A stretch of DNA of 64,000 bases from the IMG/VR virus record IMGVR_UViG_3300028591_000079, positions 96,001 through 160,000 of that record, one strand, 5' to 3'. This document shows positions 58,610-64,000 of this stretch, piece after piece. The notes beneath the pieces were generated by a model. It was not told the DNA's origin and searched no databases. It saw nothing but the letters and a program-made list of their open reading frames with translations. Each line of letters opens with the position of its first letter. The first letter of the stretch is position 1. Source of the stretch: a virus (Duplodnaviria; Caudoviricetes). The position numbers and the translations under genes are program-made.

Positions 58610-59665
58610 ATGATTCTATTTTTTACTGATTTACATATTAATGAAACAGCAACATTTAGCACAGCAACAGAGACTGGTTTTAGTGTTAGACAATTAGAAA
58701 GTCTTCAATGCTGTCAAGAAGTTGTGGATACACTAAAAGATCCAAATTACAAGTTTGATGCCGTGGTTTTTGGTGGGGATTTGTTTCATAAGGTTGGTAA
58801 CAGTATTTCAGCTTCAGATCTTGCTTGTGCCACTAAATGCATACAAATAATTCAAGAAGAGTGCATAAAACAAGGTATAATATTTTATTTGATCCCTGGC
58901 AATCATGATATAGCTAATAACATTCAAGGGTTTCATAAATTAATTACATTCAAAACATATAAAAACGTAGAAATTGTGGATACCTTTAAAGAAATTGGTG
59001 ATTATGTATTTATGCCTTATGCTTATGATGATGAAGAGGCTAATAATTTTCTGGAAGGTATAAAAGATAAAAAAAATAAAATAGTCTTTTCTCACCTTGA
59101 ACTAAAAGATGTACCTCTTGGAAATGGACTAACTTCTTCTCATGGTGCATCTGTAAAAACCTTGGCCCAATTCAAATCAGTCTTACAAGGTCATTATCAC
59201 GTGCCACAAACACCAGCAGATAATGTAATAGTAGCTGGTTCATGCCACAAAACATCATTCAAAGATCCTGGTGGTGGTTCAATGATTATATATGACGATA
59301 AAAGCAATACATATGCAAGAAAACCATTTACAGTCCCTTCTTGGTATACTTTTGATGATGATAATATAGAAGACATAAAAAGTCTAGATTCCAATAATTA
59401 TGTAAAAGTTGTAATATCATCAGAGAATATACTAAAAATACACAATATAACAAGAGAATATCTAAAAAGATTCAAAGGGGCAGAAATTATGATAGATGTA
59501 CAAAAAATAAGTCTAAAGAAAAAAATGAACCAACAAGAAAACATAGAAAACGAATCAGAAGAAGAGATTTTGCATAAATTTATTGAAACATCTAAAGTAC
59601 CAGAAGAAGATAAACAACAATTAATTGAAATAGGACTAGATTTGATAGCAAGAGCACGAAAATAA
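58610..59665 (+). CDS. Mre11/SbcD-like nuclease (gp47)
   Basis: Start MILFFTDLH at 58610, then GGDLFH, PGNHD, FSH and GHYH. Confidence 0.92.
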   Translation: MILFFTDLHINETATFSTATETGFSVRQLESLQCCQEVVDTLKDPNYKFDAVVFGGDLFHKVGNSISASDLACATKCIQIIQEECIKQGIIFYLIPGNHDIANNIQGFHKLITFKTYKNVEIVDTFKEIGDYVFMPYAYDDEEANNFLEGIKDKKNKIVFSHLELKDVPLGNGLTSSHGASVKTLAQFKSVLQGHYHVPQTPADNVIVAGSCHKTSFKDPGGGSMIIYDDKSNTYARKPFTVPSWYTFDDDNIEDIKSLDSNNYVKVVISSENILKIHNITREYLKRFKGAEIMIDVQKISLKKKMNQQENIENESEEEILHKFIETSKVPEEDKQQLIEIGLDLIARARK

Positions 59666-59682
59666 AAAAGGAGAAAATTACA

Positions 59683-59720
59683 ACATTAAACTTGATAAAA
59701 ACATTAAAATAAACTAAAAT
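59683..59720 (+). promoter_or_regulatory. Sigma70-like promoter with two CATTAAA boxes
   Basis: ACATTAAAC-TTGATA-aaaaCATTAAAataaac-TAAAAT (17-bp spacer). Confidence 0.7.
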
Positions 59721-59753
59721 AAAGATATAAACTAAAAACCTAAGGAAACTAAA

Positions 59754-60641
59754 ATGGAAAAAGAAATTAATCAAGAAATGGTAAACAGATACGCAACAAA
59801 AACACAAGAAACAACACAACAAAATCAAGAACAAAATAATATCGATTGGGTTAATACACGAGATTACAAACGCATGATTAAATTCCGTGTATTTCCTGCT
59901 AACTCAAAAGAAAATAAAAAGATTGGTGGTGCGTTTTCTTCTGGAGCTCATTGGTTAGAATGTAACGGTGAAAAAGTACGCTATCAATGTCCAGAAAAAA
60001 CCTTCCCAGAATCAGGTGTAGAATGCCCAGTATGTAAAATGTATCGCGAACTGAAAAAGGCAGGCTATACTGAAGAAGAATTATCAAAAGATGGAAGATT
60101 TGGACCAGAAAACATTTTTAGACCTCGTTTATCATCTACTGTAAAATGCGTTGTAATTGAAACAGATACTCGTAAAGACTGGGATAAAGGACATATTTCA
60201 TTGCTTCAACAAAACGGTACAGCTCTTATTACTTGGTTGGTTGATGAATATATCAATCCAGAAAAACCAAACTTTACAGACTGGACAAAAGGTAGCATAA
60301 TCAAATTCTCACGTGATACCGATAATGGAAAATGGAATCGTGAAGTGTTGCCAGACTCAGTTGCCTTTAATCTTTGGAATGCCCCTCAAGATGTTGTAGA
60401 AAAAGTTCAAAAAGAAAATGAAGAAATCACAACATCAGAATTATTCCATATGCCAACGGATGAACAAACACTTCAAGTAAAAGCCATATTGGAAAACATC
60501 AAAGCAGAAATCGATGCAAAAAGAGCTTCTGGTTCAACAACTACAACAACAGAAGCAACTCCAAATGTTTCTGCAGCCACACCAGTACAACCATCCACAA
60601 ATAATGGTGGGTTTGGTGTAGACGATGCGATCCCATTCTAA
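59754..60641 (+). CDS. Single-stranded DNA-binding protein (gp32-like)
   Basis: IKFRVFP, HW, CP......CPVC zinc site, D..KG, and an acidic C-terminus ending DDAIPF. Confidence 0.8.
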   Translation: MEKEINQEMVNRYATKTQETTQQNQEQNNIDWVNTRDYKRMIKFRVFPANSKENKKIGGAFSSGAHWLECNGEKVRYQCPEKTFPESGVECPVCKMYRELKKAGYTEEELSKDGRFGPENIFRPRLSSTVKCVVIETDTRKDWDKGHISLLQQNGTALITWLVDEYINPEKPNFTDWTKGSIIKFSRDTDNGKWNREVLPDSVAFNLWNAPQDVVEKVQKENEEITTSELFHMPTDEQTLQVKAILENIKAEIDAKRASGSTTTTTEATPNVSAATPVQPSTNNGGFGVDDAIPF

Positions 60642-60658
60642 GAAAATCAAGTAAAATC

Positions 60659-60689
60659 AAGGCGTTAGACTAATTGTGTTTGACGCCTT
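60659..60689 (+). other. Intergenic RNA hairpin between SSB and RecA
   Basis: AAGGCGTTAGAC/GTTTGACGCCTT, 12 bp with G-U pairs and no U-tract, so it may be a stabiliser or processing site. Confidence 0.55.
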
Positions 60690-60721
60690 CTAAAAAATAA
60701 AATCAAAGAAAGGATTGTAAA

Positions 60722-61792
60722 ATGGCAATAAAAAAAGAAGAAGCAGTTGAAATAAACTCTAAAGATATCGGATTGAAAGCAGCTTTATCTGAAATTCAAA
60801 AACAATTTGGTAAAGAAGCCATCATTTCTTTTACAGACAATAGTGCCCGTAAAGAATTGGAATATGTTTCATCTGGCTCTTTAAGTCTTGATTTGGCATT
60901 GGGCGGCAAAGGTTATCCAAAGGGGCGTATTGTTGAGTTATTTTCTGAACCAAGTTGCGGTAAAACCACAATTTGTTTACATGCAGTAGCCGAAGTTCAA
61001 AAACAAGGCGGTAGGGCGGCGTATTTTGATTTGGAAAATGCTTTGGATTTAGAATATGCGGCAAAATTGGGCGTAAAAGTTGATGAATTGATTTTCTCAC
61101 AACCAGACTCAGGCGAACAAGCATTAGAAATGGCAAATATCTTAATGAAAAATAATGCTGTTGATATTGTTGTGTTTGATTCTGTTGCAGCTATGATTCC
61201 ACGTGCCGAATTAGAAGGCAATATTGGTGATAGTTTTATTGGTACAACTGCAAGATTGTTATCACAAGGGTTGAAAAAAATTGCACAATCAGCAGCGAGA
61301 GCAAATTGCTTGGTTATGTTTGTAAATCAGACTCGTAACAAGATTGGAGTTATGTATGGCAGTCCTTTGACTACATCTGGCGGCGAAGCTTTGAAATTTT
61401 ATGCAACCCAAAGACTTCATATTACTCGCACAACAAAACCATTAGAAGAACGTGGTGAGGCTGTTGGTAATGAAACTAAAGTCAAAGTTGTAAAAAACAA
61501 AGTCGCACCACCATTTCGTATTGCTGAATTTGTAATTGAATATAATAAAGGTATTTCAATTGATTCAGAAGTGTTTAAATTAGGCGTAAAATTGAACTTG
61601 ATTGAAAAGGCTGGAAGTTTCTATTCTTATGAGCCAGAGTCCTTTAGATGTCAAGGTGAGGCTAAATTCAAACAATGGTTGCATGAAAATCCCGAAATCA
61701 AAGAAAAAATTATCGCTAAAATCAAAGAATCAATAGCAAGTGGGGATGCAGAAAATATTGTTGAAGCTGAAGATACTGGAGTTGAAGAATAA
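60722..61792 (+). CDS. recA: RecA recombinase
   Basis: SSGSLSLDLALG, PKGRIVE, GKTT, D.ENALD, SQPDSGEQALE, DSVAA, NQ.R.KIGVMYG.P.TTSGG.ALKFYA, KNKVAPPF. Confidence 0.97.
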   Translation: MAIKKEEAVEINSKDIGLKAALSEIQKQFGKEAIISFTDNSARKELEYVSSGSLSLDLALGGKGYPKGRIVELFSEPSCGKTTICLHAVAEVQKQGGRAAYFDLENALDLEYAAKLGVKVDELIFSQPDSGEQALEMANILMKNNAVDIVVFDSVAAMIPRAELEGNIGDSFIGTTARLLSQGLKKIAQSAARANCLVMFVNQTRNKIGVMYGSPLTTSGGEALKFYATQRLHITRTTKPLEERGEAVGNETKVKVVKNKVAPPFRIAEFVIEYNKGISIDSEVFKLGVKLNLIEKAGSFYSYEPESFRCQGEAKFKQWLHENPEIKEKIIAKIKESIASGDAENIVEAEDTGVEE

Positions 61793-62223
61793 TGCTTAGA
61801 CGGACACCTTTGAGACCTAAAAAGAATTATACTTTGAAACGCACTCCTCTAAATTCAAAAAGTGCAGGTCTCAAAAGGTCTCCATTAAAAACAAAATCAA
61901 CGCAACTAAAAAGAACTCCACTAAAAAAACAAAATGAAGAAAAGAAAAAAGCCTGGGAAAAAGCTAGGGAAAAAAGATTAGAAAAAGATAATGGCAAATG
62001 TGTTGTGTGTAAGAAGAAAGCAACAGAAGTCCATCATATACATCTAAGAAGCAAGAGACCAGATCTATTATTGAATCAAAACAACTTACGGTCACTCTGC
62101 TCTAAACATCATTTTCATCAAGGCAACGAGAATTATGATAAACAGTGTGAATTATTAGCGAGAGTAGAAGGTATAACAGTAGAAGAACTATTATATAACG
62201 CAGAACAACCGGATGGAGAATAA
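61792..62223 (+). CDS. HNH endonuclease with basic N-terminal repeats
   Basis: Four (K/R)R(T/S)PL repeats, then CVVC, EVHHI and NLRSLCSKHH. Confidence 0.8.
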   Translation: MLRRTPLRPKKNYTLKRTPLNSKSAGLKRSPLKTKSTQLKRTPLKKQNEEKKKAWEKAREKRLEKDNGKCVVCKKKATEVHHIHLRSKRPDLLLNQNNLRSLCSKHHFHQGNENYDKQCELLARVEGITVEELLYNAEQPDGE

Positions 62224-62224
62224 A

Positions 62225-62449
62225 ATGACATTAAAAATTGTACCAAATCCAGATCAAGAATTTTTAAAAGAGATAACACAACGAGTAATTGATAATGATG
62301 GTTACTGTCCTTGTCTCTTGTATAAAAATCCAGATACAAAATGCATGTGTAAAGATTTTAGAGAACAAACAACTCCTGGATTTTGTCATTGTAAGAGATT
62401 TATGAAAATAGAAGAAGAAACAAAAACAGAAGAACAAAAAGGAGAATAA
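62225..62449 (+). CDS. Ferredoxin-thioredoxin reductase catalytic subunit-like
   Basis: PNPD...GYCPC......CMC...F......G.CHC..F, matching the CPC/CxC/CHC pattern. Confidence 0.8.
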   Translation: MTLKIVPNPDQEFLKEITQRVIDNDGYCPCLLYKNPDTKCMCKDFREQTTPGFCHCKRFMKIEEETKTEEQKGE

Positions 62450-62452
62450 ATT

Positions 62453-62905
62453 ATGGATGCTTCATTATATTCATTTGACAAGGTAAGAGCTTTTAATGAT
62501 GTTGAAATAAGAAAACAACTTCAGTATATGTTTGTTGAAGAAGATATTGATGCATTTATTCAGTTTCTCCGTAAAATAAAAGACTTTGGAAAGCAATCAG
62601 CAGACAAGAGACACATGATTCTTGTTGATTTAGCTTTCTTCAAGTCCCAAATACAAAAATTCGAAGCACAAGTCAGATCTGCAAAAGAAAAAGAAAAACT
62701 AAAGCAGGTACAAGAAGCAATCAAAAAAGCAAAAATGACAGGTGCTAAAATTACAGAGAATGCAGTTACAGAATTTACAACAACCAATGCCAATTATGAA
62801 AACTTAGAAGAACTACATGCGTTGGCTCAAAGTTGGAAAGATTATATGTCTGATTTATACTTTATGTGTCAGCAAACAAACAAAATCATTGACAACTTTA
62901 ATTAA
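62453..62905 (+). CDS. Possible UvsY-like recombination mediator
   Basis: Helical 150-aa protein near recA with a KITENAV segment. Weak similarity only. Confidence 0.4.
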   Translation: MDASLYSFDKVRAFNDVEIRKQLQYMFVEEDIDAFIQFLRKIKDFGKQSADKRHMILVDLAFFKSQIQKFEAQVRSAKEKEKLKQVQEAIKKAKMTGAKITENAVTEFTTTNANYENLEELHALAQSWKDYMSDLYFMCQQTNKIIDNFN

Positions 62906-62921
62906 TATTTATTTTCACTTC

Positions 62922-62958
62922 ACATTAAACTTGTAAAAAACATTAAATATACTAAAAT
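62922..62958 (+). promoter_or_regulatory. Sigma70-like promoter with two CATTAAA boxes
   Basis: ACATTAAAC-TTGTAA-aaaaCATTAAAtatac-TAAAAT, a near-copy of 59683-59720. Confidence 0.7.
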
Positions 62959-62987
62959 CTATACAACTCAAACAAAAGGAGATGTAT

Positions 62988-63227
62988 ATGAGTAATTCAC
63001 AAATTGATGGCGCACAGTTGTTATCTTACATTGAACGCGTAGAAAAATTGAATGATGATGCTGCTAACATTGCCGCTGACATCAAAGAAGTAATGAATGA
63101 AGCTAAGTCTGCAGGTTACGATCCAAAAATGATTAAGTGGTGTGTAAAAATGCGTAAAATGGACAAAGATGAAATTGAAGAACTGTCAGAGTTAGAAAAA
63201 ATGTACAGCAAAGCAATTGGTCTGTAA
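62988..63227 (+). CDS. gapR: GapR / DUF2312 nucleoid-associated protein
   Basis: QLLSYIERVEKL..D...IA.DIKEV..EAKS.GYD.K.....VKMRKMD..E..E.......Y..AIG. Confidence 0.9.
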   Translation: MSNSQIDGAQLLSYIERVEKLNDDAANIAADIKEVMNEAKSAGYDPKMIKWCVKMRKMDKDEIEELSELEKMYSKAIGL

Positions 63228-63257
63228 TATAAAAGTTTGAAAGAAAAGGAAAGAATC

Positions 63258-63503
63258 ATGCCAGTAGTATTTATGAAACAAGAAGAATATAAGTCCCCAG
63301 TTGATGAAATATTTGAAATTGGAATTGTAGATGCTACTGGTTTTTCTTTTCTTGAGGCTGAATTTTTCAAAGAATATATTGGTAAAGAAATTGAAGGACC
63401 AGATGGAAAGCAATATATCATCCACTCGATTATGAAAGATGTATTTACTGAAAAATTTTATGCTTTGTGTCAGGAATTAATAAATATAATGGAGGTAGGA
63501 TAA
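63258..63503 (+). CDS. Hypothetical protein
   Basis: Likely ATG at 63258 with an AAGGA SD. Confidence 0.6.
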   Translation: MPVVFMKQEEYKSPVDEIFEIGIVDATGFSFLEAEFFKEYIGKEIEGPDGKQYIIHSIMKDVFTEKFYALCQELINIMEVG

Positions 63504-63751
63504 TGTCAAAAAAAAGTGAAGATTGTCAACCAAACAAACTATCTGAACTGTCTTATTTTACTCAACAATTTGTCCCGTTAGATACTGTTTTTTATCATCC
63601 AACTATAAATGGAGTAGAAGAAGTATCATATAGACAATTTCTCAAGACAGATCAACCTCCAATGACTGAATTATATTTCTCTAAAGCAAAAGCAGAAATT
63701 GTATCAGAAAAAATAAAGAACAACGAAACAGACGAAAAAAACAATGAATAA
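63503..63751 (+). CDS. Hypothetical protein
   Basis: ATG overlaps the upstream stop (TAATG), with a GGAGG/AGGA SD. Confidence 0.6.
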   Translation: MSKKSEDCQPNKLSELSYFTQQFVPLDTVFYHPTINGVEEVSYRQFLKTDQPPMTELYFSKAKAEIVSEKIKNNETDEKNNE

Positions 63752-64000
63752 TACAACTCTAATCGTAGATGCATCACACTTAATTTATCGTAATCTATCG
63801 GTAACTGGAAAAGATCTGTATACAAAATCGAATCTTCCAGTAAAGGGGTTGTATGGTGTTCTTTCTTCAATCAATAAAATACTAGAAGAAAATCCTACAA
63901 TAAATAGAATATACTTAGCTTTTGATGGATTCTCTAAATATCGTCATGAGCTCTATCCAGAATACAAAGCAAATAGAGAACATAATCCAGAAAACAAAAG
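63744..64000 (+). CDS. 5'-3' exonuclease / phage RNase H (partial, runs off the window)
   Basis: Translated by hand: MNNTTLIVDASHLIYR...GLYG......I.......IYLAFDG.SKYRHELYPEYKANR. Confidence 0.9.
   Translation, partial: MNNTTLIVDASHLIYRNLSVTGKDLYTKSNLPVKGLYGVLSSINKILEENPTINRIYLAFDGFSKYRHELYPEYKANREHNPENK

Noticed and set aside
55996-59665. Group I intron carrying the HNH gene
   Set aside because: gp46 and gp47 each have complete terminal motifs, and there is no flanking non-coding sequence to form an intron core.
59683-59720. CtrA binding sites (TTAA-N7-TTAA), given the likely alphaproteobacterial host
   Set aside because: TTAA half-site spacings are 14 here and 6 or 11 at 6620-6650, not 7.
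180-63870. The many 60-180 aa ORFs antisense to or nested in larger genes (for example 53455-54003, 37489-38004, 11712-12146, 36671-37084)
   Set aside because: They are shadows of codon bias in well-supported genes, with no SD or recognisable motifs.
1-64000. Stop-codon reassignment, CRISPR arrays, tRNA or rRNA genes
   Set aside because: Genes are full length in code 11 and TAA, TAG and TGA all end real genes. I saw no regularly spaced repeats or cloverleaf/T-loop signatures, although a manual scan could miss a divergent tRNA.

Overview
This is an AT-rich (roughly 30% GC by eye) segment of a large T4-like contractile-tailed phage, read in standard code 11. The host is probably an alphaproteobacterium, inferred from a GapR/DUF2312 gene. 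Left to right the window holds: (i) accessory genes (double AAA ATPase, DUF262 protein, a holin-like plus acyl carrier protein operon, a putative nuclease-methyltransferase pair, a SleB-type hydrolase); (ii) two divergent, mirror-related arrays of modular tail-fibre/adhesin genes flanking a UvsW-like helicase (7.7-19.5 kb); (iii) late genes that include probable capsid-packaged internal proteins; (iv) a complete sheath, tube, chaperone, tape-measure, baseplate and fibre module (30.9-54.6 kb); (v) a recombination/replication cluster (gp46/47, gp32-like SSB, RecA, UvsY-like, GapR, 5'-3' exonuclease). The strongest unannotated signals are non-coding. A 7-bp AGTTCTA motif sits in about 19 intergenic or gene-boundary positions, always facing the downstream late gene (candidate late promoter). 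A second promoter class built on CATTAAA boxes precedes the replication genes. Three AGTTCTA sites lead directly into short structured, terminator-ended RNAs, one with a perfect 7-bp loop-loop kissing interaction. A U7 slippery site would fuse the gp26-like chaperone to an unannotated gp51-like frame by a +1/-2 frameshift. All protein calls come from motif recognition by eye; no database searches were run.
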